IMG/VR virus record: IMGVR_UViG_3300025668_000848 | Coordinates: 1 to 28,150 of that record | DNA from: a virus | Lineage: Duplodnaviria; Caudoviricetes | Reading direction: 5' to 3' (one strand) | Length of the DNA stretch: 28,150 nt | Shown: one piece after another, positions 1 through 9,600 of the stretch | How positions within the stretch are numbered: position 1 is the stretch's first letter | How the letters are laid out: the number at the start of each line of letters is the position of its first letter | Made by a program: the position numbers and the translations under genes | Notes under the pieces: model-generated | Database searches by the model: none | The model's input: only the letters and a program-made list of their open reading frames with translations | What the model was told of the DNA's origin: nothing

Positions 1-408
1 CTCACGCATAAAGTCTACAAGATAAATCATATAGCGTAATAGATTATGCATATCACGTTCGCCATATGCTTCCATTTCTTCCCATATACGATCTTGTACG
101 TGTTGTGGGCAGGGTGTTTTTGCTTTGCCTAGTACATATTCATATACATTGATGTCTTTGTATTCATCAGGCATAAACCATTCACTTTGACATACACCGT
201 CAAAAGTTTGTTGATCTACATCTAATGGAATATATTTTTGTAGTTTATCAAAGCCTTGCTCTTCACAAGCCTTGTTAAATTTATCTACATCATCGTCTGC
301 ATCGCACAACACTACATGACACTTGTCAACATGACCTGAATAGATCATATCAACTAAGTCTTTATTTGTAAATCGCGGGATACCGAGAGAGTCAGTTTTC
401 ATAAGCAT
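1..408 (-). CDS. Short DnaE (DNA polymerase III alpha)-like protein, runs off the window edge
   Basis: Not in the ORF track. Hand translation from ATG 408: MLMKTDSLGIPRFTNKDLVDMIYSG...QSEWFMPDEYKDINV...DRIWEEMEAYGERDMHNLLRYMIYLVDFMRE. The R-x-x-x-E...Y-L-V-D-F-M-R-E stretch resembles the DnaE segment just before the GRGS motif, which would lie outside the window. Confidence 0.65.
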   Translation of the reverse strand, partial: MLMKTDSLGIPRFTNKDLVDMIYSGHVDKCHVVLCDADDDVDKFNKACEEQGFDKLQKYIPLDVDQQTFDGVCQSEWFMPDEYKDINVYEYVLGKAKTPCPQHVQDRIWEEMEAYGERDMHNLLRYMIYLVDFMRE

Positions 409-414
409 ACTTGT

Positions 415-443
415 ATTTTAACTGATGTTTATCAGATTGTCAA
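415..443 (-). promoter_or_regulatory. Sigma70-type promoter of the dnaE-like gene
   Basis: TTGACA (443-438), 17-nt spacer, TAAAAT (420-415); ATG follows 6 nt later with no Shine-Dalgarno. Confidence 0.7.
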
Positions 444-657
444 GAGAATTTTCGCCGTTATCTTGATCTTTTTGTTTTTGTTGCTGAATAGCTCTGCGTG
501 TTGTAAGTTCAATTTTATACATGTCCATCAAGACTGTTATTTGCTGTTGAACTTCAGGATTTCGTGTCATCCAATATTTTCGTGCCAGCTCAGTAAGTTT
601 ATCTTCTACTTCGCTATCATTTAGTTGATTAAAATTATCTACTAATGGATTAAACAT
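418..657 (-). CDS. Hypothetical protein, 79 aa, helical
   Basis: TAATG stop/start overlap with the upstream gene; no recognised motif. Confidence 0.7.
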   Translation of the reverse strand: MFNPLVDNFNQLNDSEVEDKLTELARKYWMTRNPEVQQQITVLMDMYKIELTTRRAIQQQKQKDQDNGENSLDNLINIS

Positions 658-1280
658 TACGATAAAATAGTGTACTCTCCGGCGTATTCCATAAACACTG
701 TAATACCGCCATCAACAGTCCATACATCTACAATTTTAGGACTTGTTGCACTAGTGACTATAAAGTCGCCGCCACTTAACGCACTTGTCCAGTTTGTTGA
801 GTTTACTCGGAGTGTTCCAGCATTAGCTGCTTCAAAAGTTATAGTTCTTTCTGAACCATTATTACTTCTAATAGCAAGACGCATTCTACCATAAGTTCCT
901 GCAGCAGGCCAGCCGCCTAAGCTCAAACGTACTGAACTTGGATTTGCCATTGTAATATCATGATATTCTGCTGTAGTCCATAATATGTTAGCTTCAGCAT
1001 TTTGTATAATGTTACCTGTATTAAAATGTTCCGATGCTACACCTTTTAGTACTCCATTAGTAATAGTATTACCTTGCAAGTCATTATCTAATGATCCGTC
1101 AGCAAGTGCAGTTTTAAATATACCTTTTGCTTCAATGTCTTTTATTGCTGTCTTTGATGCACTTAAACTTGATTGTATTGTCGCAAAGTTATCACGAAAT
1201 CCTTGCGAGTCATTATCCTGACCTGCAATTGGGTATGTTTCATCAATGTTTTCTGGTGTAATATTGTCGCTAGTTGCCAT
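657..1280 (-). CDS. Putative virion structural (tail/baseplate-associated) protein, 207 aa
   Basis: N-terminal IDETYPIAGQDNDSQGFRDNF motif followed by a coiled coil; AGGAG RBS and upstream GATAAATA motif; lies in the structural block. Confidence 0.65.
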   Translation of the reverse strand: MATSDNITPENIDETYPIAGQDNDSQGFRDNFATIQSSLSASKTAIKDIEAKGIFKTALADGSLDNDLQGNTITNGVLKGVASEHFNTGNIIQNAEANILWTTAEYHDITMANPSSVRLSLGGWPAAGTYGRMRLAIRSNNGSERTITFEAANAGTLRVNSTNWTSALSGGDFIVTSATSPKIVDVWTVDGGITVFMEYAGEYTILS

Positions 1281-1298
1281 AGTGTGTTCTCCTACACT

Positions 1299-1306
1299 TA
1301 TTTATC
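1299..1306 (-). promoter_or_regulatory. T4-late-like promoter GATAAATA
   Basis: The identical octamer lies shortly upstream of the genes starting at 1280, 4142, 6630, 16498 and 26304. Confidence 0.65.
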
Positions 1307-1310
1307 AGGG

Positions 1311-4142
1311 TTACGTATTGAATCGATAGTTTTGGAATACTAAGTAACTATCTTGGCTACTTATATCTGTACTATCAATTATATATCTATCAACATCTAA
1401 GTTGAATATTTTAAAGTCAAAGCCATTTGCTTCAATTGCAGCTTTAATTAATGCAGACTTGCCTGGCTTACAGTAACATAGTACTAAAGCAGGTGTGTAA
1501 CCTAATTCATTTACACTTCCTTCTTGTTGACTACGCATCCATAACGGAACAAATGATCTGTTTGTTTGTCCTACTGATCTTATGTTGTCCCTCATATTGT
1601 TTAAGTTGCTAATGTATCTTAAACTATCATTATTTTGTGATACTGATATTGCATCACTATCTACTTTTATTGTGTTTTCAAAGTCAGGACGTCTTTGATA
1701 CGTATTACCGAGTCCTTCTATTATTTTTAAAAGATTGTCTTCAGTTCTACCATCTACTTCTATACCTAATGTCCAATTTAAATTATATGTTCCGTCACCT
1801 CGAGTAACTACACTAAAGTCTTCGCCTAGTTGCACCGATAACGGGCCACTACGTGTTAGTATAGTAAATGATGGCTTAGTATCATAATCGTAGAACATAT
1901 CCTTTGCATCGTAGTTTACGCTATCAACTGTAATTTTTTGATTAGTCTTTATATTAAACGACTTACGTGTCCGTCCAACTGAGACATCTTGCGAATCTAT
2001 AACTTGTACATAAATTACTTCATATAAAGTAGTATTAGTACCTTCTTTTTTAGCCTGAGCTGTTTTTAATTCACCAATCTTATATTGTTTTCTTTTATGG
2101 TTAGTTGCCATTTTACTTGTAAACTCAGCAAGACTGCGAGATTCAATTCCGTAATACAATGGTATTTTAATATCTGTTTGTATGCCAAAGTTTGGATCTC
2201 CAGGTCTGTAAATATTTTCTGTAATGAAAACTTCTGGGTCAGATAGGAAATCGTTAAATGTACGTCTTGTTGTTTCGTTAAGGAAAGGCTTAAGATAGAT
2301 ATTACTATATTTTATAACTTCTGGATCTGTTACTGTGATACTAAATTGTTGTTCTGCAATACTATATTTGTATTGATCCTCAGCATTAATAATAAAGTTA
2401 TATTGTCTATCAATAGTTGTTTGGGGTAAATCTAATGATGTTGAATCACTGTCAATAGTTGTTAGTCCTAAGCGAGTATAATTAAATTCAATCCAGTATG
2501 CTACATCATTTGCAAATATTCCACTTGAACTACTAGTATGATTACTAGCAGTTTTGTAATAAGTATCGTCAACTCTTACAATATCTCCTGCGGTATATTC
2601 ACGAGAACCTCTCCATAAACTTTTGTAAACATTTTGACCATAAGCGTTAACTCTGCCAACAATTTCTCCGTCGTATGTTAGTTCTAACCCTGGAGGTAAC
2701 TTGCCTGATTTTAAACTATATAACACTTGTGCGTTTGGAACTGTAGTATTTGCTTCAACACGTAAAACACTAATCGAATTTGAATTAAGCGTGCCTAAGT
2801 CTGGAAGCGTTGTCCATGTAGTTTCAGAATTAATTTCACCTAGTAACTTAATATTAAATACTTTAACAGTACTAACATTAATATCAGGTTCATCTGGTGT
2901 AAAACGTGTTGCCTTTATTGTAAATTTATAATCAATTGTTACTTCTGCTTGATATGGTACTCGTCCAGCAATTTCACCATTTGACGTATCAAGTTCTAAA
3001 CCTTTTGGTAAAGTACTTACTGTTTCTGGAACTAGTACTTCCCATTCACTAGGCTGTACTGGAGATGGAACAATACCAATAAAGCTATCAGGCCCACGTC
3101 CACTATCTACAAACTTAGGTAGTGTACCACTAACTTCGTATTTTCCATTGTAAATAATTTCGCCTGTTGCTTTTAATCGATATGTGCCAGGATTAGTATC
3201 TTCAAGACTATAATTTACAAATCCAACTTGTGTGTTAGTATCAATAATATCTAACTGTAGTGTAATATAATTGTTAGCACGTTTGATACCTAAGTTGCCT
3301 GGAGTTATCCATATTGGAGTTCTTAAATTAGTATTGTCAGCTGTAAATGTTCCACTACCTACTTGTAAAACAGTATTATCAGCACGGAAGAAATCATCGC
3401 CGACTACAAATATTTTAAATGTTCTTCGTGCAACAATATCACCGTCTGTAACATTTACTGTAAATTGGTAATATCTGTTTAATTTGTTTGGAGCCTTTTC
3501 AGTATAACTAAAGTCCCAAACAGTTGTATCATAAAAGAAGCTATCAAATCCGTTTGAACTTCTAATCCCAAAATCGTATCCACCTGATTGTAAATCATAA
3601 GGGCTTGTATCATAGTATCCACTTGCATAAATCTCTCCACGTTCTATTGCAAGTAACGGATCAACAATGCCTATAATTCTGCCATCAGTAGTAAGTGTAG
3701 TGCCTGGCGGCAATACTCCGTCACCTTCTTTCATAAAGTATGTAAGAGATTGTCCTGCTTGTGTATCGTCATCGGTTGCTATTAATTGGAAGTCTATTGG
3801 GCTACTGTCTAAAATGTAATAGGTATCATTATTACCAATTGGAAGTTCACCTGCTGGTGTAGACCATGTTGGTGTATCAGGACCTTCAACTTTTATAGTA
3901 AATGTCCTATCGTCAATTTGATTATTTAGAGATGCTCTTAACACAAATCTAAAATCAGTTACACGAGATACCTCTCTTGGTGTACCGATAAGTGTTATAT
4001 CATTTATCTTAACGCCAGGTGGCAATGTGCCACTAATTAATGAGATAGTTGAGCCTGCTGTTACTGGCAGAGATAGTGAAATCGTCTGTTCTTCTGTAAC
4101 AGTAGCAAGTAGTTTATTTGTACCAGTTGTCCATAATGCCAT
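1311..4142 (-). CDS. Virion protein with putative Ig-like (He_PIG/cadherin-like) repeats and a CBM5/12-like insert, 943 aa
   Basis: Four G-x-LP-x-G-L-x-L...G-x-I-x-G repeats (SGTLPPGV, GVLPPGTTLTTDGRIIG, TLPKGLELDTSNGEIAG, GKLPPGLELTYDGEIVG); WRGSREYTAGDIVRVDDTYYKT resembles carbohydrate-binding modules. Confidence 0.7.
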   Translation of the reverse strand: MALWTTGTNKLLATVTEEQTISLSLPVTAGSTISLISGTLPPGVKINDITLIGTPREVSRVTDFRFVLRASLNNQIDDRTFTIKVEGPDTPTWSTPAGELPIGNNDTYYILDSSPIDFQLIATDDDTQAGQSLTYFMKEGDGVLPPGTTLTTDGRIIGIVDPLLAIERGEIYASGYYDTSPYDLQSGGYDFGIRSSNGFDSFFYDTTVWDFSYTEKAPNKLNRYYQFTVNVTDGDIVARRTFKIFVVGDDFFRADNTVLQVGSGTFTADNTNLRTPIWITPGNLGIKRANNYITLQLDIIDTNTQVGFVNYSLEDTNPGTYRLKATGEIIYNGKYEVSGTLPKFVDSGRGPDSFIGIVPSPVQPSEWEVLVPETVSTLPKGLELDTSNGEIAGRVPYQAEVTIDYKFTIKATRFTPDEPDINVSTVKVFNIKLLGEINSETTWTTLPDLGTLNSNSISVLRVEANTTVPNAQVLYSLKSGKLPPGLELTYDGEIVGRVNAYGQNVYKSLWRGSREYTAGDIVRVDDTYYKTASNHTSSSSGIFANDVAYWIEFNYTRLGLTTIDSDSTSLDLPQTTIDRQYNFIINAEDQYKYSIAEQQFSITVTDPEVIKYSNIYLKPFLNETTRRTFNDFLSDPEVFITENIYRPGDPNFGIQTDIKIPLYYGIESRSLAEFTSKMATNHKRKQYKIGELKTAQAKKEGTNTTLYEVIYVQVIDSQDVSVGRTRKSFNIKTNQKITVDSVNYDAKDMFYDYDTKPSFTILTRSGPLSVQLGEDFSVVTRGDGTYNLNWTLGIEVDGRTEDNLLKIIEGLGNTYQRRPDFENTIKVDSDAISVSQNNDSLRYISNLNNMRDNIRSVGQTNRSFVPLWMRSQQEGSVNELGYTPALVLCYCKPGKSALIKAAIEANGFDFKIFNLDVDRYIIDSTDISSQDSYLVFQNYRFNT

Positions 4143-4162
4143 AGATCATTCCTTCTATAACA

Positions 4163-4170
4163 TATTTATC
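4163..4170 (-). promoter_or_regulatory. T4-late-like promoter GATAAATA
   Basis: Intergenic, upstream of the GAAGGA RBS and ATG 4142. Confidence 0.65.
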
Positions 4171-4177
4171 GTATTAG

Positions 4178-4885
4178 TTATACAGATGGTAAGAAGCCTA
4201 AGTCAATTGTTAAATCAGTTCTTTCAGGATCAATTGGTCCTAAATCAATATCTGTATTTCTAACAATAAAATCAAGTGCGCTTCCGTAAGTATTACGCAC
4301 TCCGCCAAAATCAAATCCTGAAAGGTACGGTCCAAATTCTCTTATGTCAAATCCATAAACTAGACCTTGAAATGCGCCTGAAACAGTGTTAGCAGTAATT
4401 GTACCAGCATTAGTAATATCATTGCCATTAGCATTTAAATTAGCAGTTAGTGTTGGGCTACTATCTCTTGAAACAATATTACTTGTATCAAGATCTATAG
4501 TAAGTGTTTGTGAAGCAATTGATGTGGTTAATCCGTTACCACCATTAAAGTTTACACTTTGCCCCGGTGCTACAGTTAAGCTACCATTATCACTTATCAT
4601 TAGAAGTTGTTCAAGAGCATTGTCAACATCGAATGTTAGTGTAGTTGCTGTTGGAGTTAATGTAACATTTGTACCTGCTATTAATTTTTTAAATTGTGCA
4701 GTATTATCATCTTTCCCGGCAAAAACTCCTTGTCCAACTGACCCAACATTTTCAAATTGTGTTGTTTCAATTACTCGTAAGTCAAGTTCTTCAAAGTTAT
4801 CATTTACTTTAATAAAAGCCTCACGAAGTGCATCGCCTGTGCCGTCGTTTGCTATTGTTCCTGTATTAATATATTCAATGGCCAT
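4178..4885 (-). CDS. Baseplate/tail-fibre connector-like protein with a T4 gp9/gp10-type N-terminus, 235 aa
   Basis: INTGTIANDGTGDALREAFIKVNDNF matches the gp9/gp10 N-terminal motif; also DSSPTLTANLNANG fibre motif. Confidence 0.75.
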   Translation of the reverse strand: MAIEYINTGTIANDGTGDALREAFIKVNDNFEELDLRVIETTQFENVGSVGQGVFAGKDDNTAQFKKLIAGTNVTLTPTATTLTFDVDNALEQLLMISDNGSLTVAPGQSVNFNGGNGLTTSIASQTLTIDLDTSNIVSRDSSPTLTANLNANGNDITNAGTITANTVSGAFQGLVYGFDIREFGPYLSGFDFGGVRNTYGSALDFIVRNTDIDLGPIDPERTDLTIDLGFLPSV

Positions 4886-4896
4886 TTATGTCTCCG

Positions 4897-6630
4897 TTAT
4901 GGTGCAGGTCTGTTAGGATCTGTACTATCATTGTTTTTAAAGTCTGTTATCCATGCAACTAGTCTATCGATAGCGTCTTGTACATTATCGGGCGGAGTTC
5001 CCTCCCAGTCAGTATTATCATCTGGTGTATAAGAAATACTAGGACTTAGTAATCCTGAAATTGTTGAATTACTAAATGAAATGCTAGTTAAGTCCGATAA
5101 GTCTAATGTTGTACTATTTGTAACTGTAATAGTATTGGTACCATTACCTATTGTAATGTTGCCTGAACTTCCGTTACCAATTACAATAGCATCACCTGCT
5201 GTTGATATTTCAACAGGTGCTTCGCCTCCTAATACTACACCACTAGCATTAGTTACTACAAGTCCTCCACCTGCTCCACTGGTTCTTTGTAATTTTGCAC
5301 CAGTTGAATTAACTGTAAGACTATAGTTACCTTGATTAACTATTGCTTCAGTTGAGTCAATCTTACCTGTAATTTTATTATTGATGCCATCAACTAATGG
5401 TGTACTATCATCGCCGAAAACACTACCAACAAAGTTACCTTCAACACTAAGTCCTGTAACTGTTGATGCTGTAAAGTCAACTGGTCCTGAGAATGTAATA
5501 TTTCCTGAACTAGTACTAAGTGCTAAATCGTTAGTAGCCGAAATCGTAATACCTTGTGTGCCTGCTAGTTGTATACTAGTTGCATTTGGTACATTTAACG
5601 GGCCTGCTGGCAACAGCGTAATTCCTGCATCACCGGTTATTGATACTACCTGTCCAGGTACGCTATTTTGTAAGTTACCTTTTATTAATACTGAATTCAA
5701 TTCATTAGTATTAACTTTATCTGCAGTTACAGATCTGTTTATACCGTCAACAATAACTGAACTATCGTCAGCAAACACACTACCAGTTAAATCACCTGTA
5801 ACTTGATTAAGTGTTAATCCTGTAACAGTTGCTAACCCAAAGTTAACATCTCCTTGAAAACGTAATTCGTCTACATCGTATATAGTTGTACCTGATACTG
5901 TGTTAAGTAAATTAAAACTAGTTGACTGTATAGCTATATATGTGTCTGTTTGTATAGATAACTGTGTTTCAGCATTAATAGATAAATTGTCAGTTGATAA
6001 AATCCCATTAACTGTAAGTATGTCGGTGTTTACTTTATTAGAAAATAATCTGTTATTTAAATGATCCAGCATCAATGAACTGTCATCAGCAAACACACTA
6101 CCTTGCAAATCACCAGTGTTGCTAACTTCAACAGTTAATGTTCCGCCGTTAATTTGTTCATTAGTAACATAGTTTGGTACACCAGTTAAATCGCTAAATG
6201 CTCCTGTAGTAGCAATTGTTGCTAATCCAGTAACTTGTCCTGGTATAATATTAATCTGTGCATTAGTAACAAAATTTGTATCATTTGTTAGCTGACTTAA
6301 ACTAGTTGCTATTACTGGCTTACCAGTAATGTCTGCCCAGTTACTCGAAACACTGCTTGGCAAATTTGTCAAGTCATTGTAATCACCGCTGAATAAAGCA
6401 GGTCTATTAGTTAAGTCATTATAGTTATTTGACGTAGCTACTGTTCCTAGTGCCTGTCCTCCAACTGTTAATGATCCTGCTACAACACTACCAGCACTTA
6501 CTGATCCTGTTGCAGTCATATTAACTGCATTTACTATACTACTGCCAGTTAAGTCTAAGTTGTCCGTGGTACTTAGTTCCTGTAAACTTTTACCAGTTGT
6601 ATCATAAACTAAAGGAAATTTATTTGCCAT
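4897..6630 (-). CDS. Tail fibre-like protein with internal repeats, 577 aa
   Basis: G/S/T/N-rich; YNDLTNxP repeats and three G-x-x-x-GSVF(A/G)DDS repeats; late motif upstream. Confidence 0.7.
   Translation of the reverse strand: MANKFPLVYDTTGKSLQELSTTDNLDLTGSSIVNAVNMTATGSVSAGSVVAGSLTVGGQALGTVATSNNYNDLTNRPALFSGDYNDLTNLPSSVSSNWADITGKPVIATSLSQLTNDTNFVTNAQINIIPGQVTGLATIATTGAFSDLTGVPNYVTNEQINGGTLTVEVSNTGDLQGSVFADDSSLMLDHLNNRLFSNKVNTDILTVNGILSTDNLSINAETQLSIQTDTYIAIQSTSFNLLNTVSGTTIYDVDELRFQGDVNFGLATVTGLTLNQVTGDLTGSVFADDSSVIVDGINRSVTADKVNTNELNSVLIKGNLQNSVPGQVVSITGDAGITLLPAGPLNVPNATSIQLAGTQGITISATNDLALSTSSGNITFSGPVDFTASTVTGLSVEGNFVGSVFGDDSTPLVDGINNKITGKIDSTEAIVNQGNYSLTVNSTGAKLQRTSGAGGGLVVTNASGVVLGGEAPVEISTAGDAIVIGNGSSGNITIGNGTNTITVTNSTTLDLSDLTSISFSNSTISGLLSPSISYTPDDNTDWEGTPPDNVQDAIDRLVAWITDFKNNDSTDPNRPAP
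5380..6114 (-). repeat. Three dispersed GSVF(A/G)DDS coding repeats
   Basis: GDLQGSVFADDSSLMLD (~6064-6114), GDLTGSVFADDSSVIVDGIN (~5737-5796), GNFVGSVFGDDSTPLVDGIN (~5380-5439). Confidence 0.8.
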
Positions 6631-6653
6631 TTTTGATGTAATCCTATTTTATG

Positions 6654-6661
6654 TATTTATC
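6654..6661 (-). promoter_or_regulatory. T4-late-like promoter GATAAATA
   Basis: Intergenic, upstream of the AGGA RBS and ATG 6630. Confidence 0.65.
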
Positions 6662-6665
6662 GTAA

Positions 6666-9600
6666 TTATGATTTGCCTACTAATACTTCAACAAACCCTC
6701 TTTCACTGTCGTCTTTAGATGCTACTGCCTTACCAATTATAGTACCGTATGATGGATTATTATCTACCATTGCATACCCTGGAATTGCACTTGATACAAG
6801 TATGTCGCCTTTAGCAACCGTTCCAATTACTTTACACGGAACACGACCTGCTAGTGCAACACCAGTTATATAATCACCTTCTAGCTCACTATTCATTAAG
6901 TGTGCTGGATTAGTTGTAACAACCCCAGCAACTCTTGTGTCACCTTTTTTATTAGTTGTAGTAACTTCTGCATCACCGCCTAATACAATAACTGTACCCG
7001 GTTCGTAGTCTGCATCACCTAAGTAATTCTCTGCTAAGTCAGCGTATTTTGCTGTAGTTGCTGTACCACTAAATGTGCCACCGTACACTGTACTCCATGC
7101 ATTTGTTGAACTACCTAAGTTTCGTGTACCTGTTGGAATAATTGCACTATCAACTCTACAATTAAATGTTAATGTGTCTGTTGAAGCATTACCAAAGTCC
7201 ATATTGCCTTTTAGTGTAGTAGTACCGTCAACTGTTAAGTTACCGCCAGTAATAATATTACTGTTTGCACTAATAGCACCTGCACTACTAATTGTAACAC
7301 CTGTGCTGCCATACCCGCCGCCAAATGTTGCGCTGGTTCCAACACTTAAACTAGTGTTTGTACTAATTGAACTAGTAACACCTAGTGTACCTGCAACGGT
7401 TGTATTACCATTTGATCCAGACACATTAAACAAGTTAGCACTGTCTGCACTATTTCTAACTCTAATGTCGCCACCAATAGTTTCAATTAAACTTCCGCCA
7501 CTTACGTTTAGTTCTCCGGTAACTGTCATTGCATTGTTAACAGTCATTGTACTCGACGATACTATTAATTGTTCTACACCACTTGTAATTAATGATATTA
7601 CGTCAGCTGCAGAATTATCAAATCCAGTTCCTGCACCAATTGATATACCAGTTGAAGCAGCACCTTTTTCTTCGCCGGCTTCAATGAATGATGTGTAAAT
7701 CCATCGTGCTGCAAGTGCAGATTGTTCTTCAGATGCACCACCAGCGCCGTAAATAGTATTATCATAAAAATCACTATTGGTTGGTGTAATAGCTGTGTTG
7801 CCAACTCTTACTCTACCACCTGTGTCTATAGTTGGAGCCGTTGCGCCACTTGATGATAAAATCTTACCACCAGTTAGTGTTGAGAACGTTAATGTGCCTC
7901 CACTTTCAGAAAGCACAGTGTTTGTACTTGATCCACCTAATATAAGTGATTCTACTTGTAGTCCACCAGTTGATGTTCTTCTTGCAATACTATTATTAGC
8001 ATTACCTATACTAATTGGCACACTTCCGTATACACCATCGTCTAGCTTAACCATTGCTTCACCAAGCAAGGTTATGTTTGTATTAACAGATGTTACGTTA
8101 CCAATTGCTCCGTTTACACTGCCTGTTACAGCACCGTTTGAAAAGTTAGCAGGGTTACTGTTGTTTACATTAATAGCATCAATAACATAAAATGAAGTTT
8201 CACTAAACACTGTACCTTGTACAGTACCTTGAACATTGCCTTGGGTAATTGTTTCACCGTTAGTTACTGTTACTTCAGTCGCAAAGTTAAGTTTTTGTCC
8301 TGAAGTTTCAACAATAGTACTATCAGTAAAGTCGTTATCTTCAACTCCATCACCTTGTTTAACTATATCTGTAAATGGTATTAATGATGCATCACCGTTA
8401 CCAGCTAATGATCTACCAATTACTGTATCAGTAGTTATTGGTGCTAAATCAGTTAAAGTTATTGATCTAGGCAACAGGCCAATAAAGCCTGATACTTTAA
8501 CTGATGAACACTGCACACCTAACGATGTAAGTGGACCTTCTTGTCCGTCTGTAAATACTGTTTTTTGTAATATTACTGAGCTCGATATAAACTTATCGTT
8601 TGTTCTAATTTTAACAAGTACACTTGCAGTAACATTACTAACTACTTCGCCAAATAATGCACCTTGATATACATAATCTCCTGCTTGTAAAGTAACGTTG
8701 CCACTTACTGTAAGCTCATATTCTTCAGTAAAGTGATTAGCATCAAATGCTGCAATTCCTCTAGATGATTGCCCTATCGCATCGCCTTGTGATCCAAGTA
8801 AAGTTGCACTACTATCAAGTACGCTTGCTCTTTCAAGTAGTAATTTACTTTGTACAATACTTGCTGAAGCATTAACATCAGCGTTTTCAACAACACCTGC
8901 TCTCAATTGAATGTCGTATTCTGCAATTGATCCTGCAAGTGATCCGTTTAAGGTATTTGGATCTCGAGTAAGTGCAAATGATACATCACTATCATTACTA
9001 TTTGAAGCATTACCAATTTCGTCAAATGGTCCACGCAACACTGTTGCACTTACATCTGCTTTACCGCCGGTTCCTTCAAGTTGTTCAAGTCCAAAATCTG
9101 GTCCAGATGTTAGTTGATATGTGATTATCCAAATATTGTTTCCAGGCTCATTTTCACCTACAACATTGTCTGTTGTTTGTACAATATCTTTAATAATAGC
9201 AGTTGTAGTGTTACTTGAATTTTCAATAGTATCTCCTACTACAAAAGTATCAAATCCTGAAGCATCATCAGGAACACTAATTAATACTTTTCTAAGTCCT
9301 GTATATGCAAGCAAGTCACCAACTGCAATATCGTTCTTACTACTTTCACGTAATACGTCCCAATTGTCTTGTCCTAACACACCGGCATCAACATAACCTT
9401 TAGTAGCTACATCTGAACCACTTGTTGGAGTACCAACGTTTTCAATTTTGTTACTACCCATCTGTAAGTCAGCTTCCATAGCAACTGACCCTGAGGAAGT
9501 TACAAATTTTGGACCAATGGTGTTTGACACTGGAGCATCGTTTTTGTCTCTACCTAATCGTTTGTTAATATATCCTACAACAGCCTTTTCTACTGGAACT

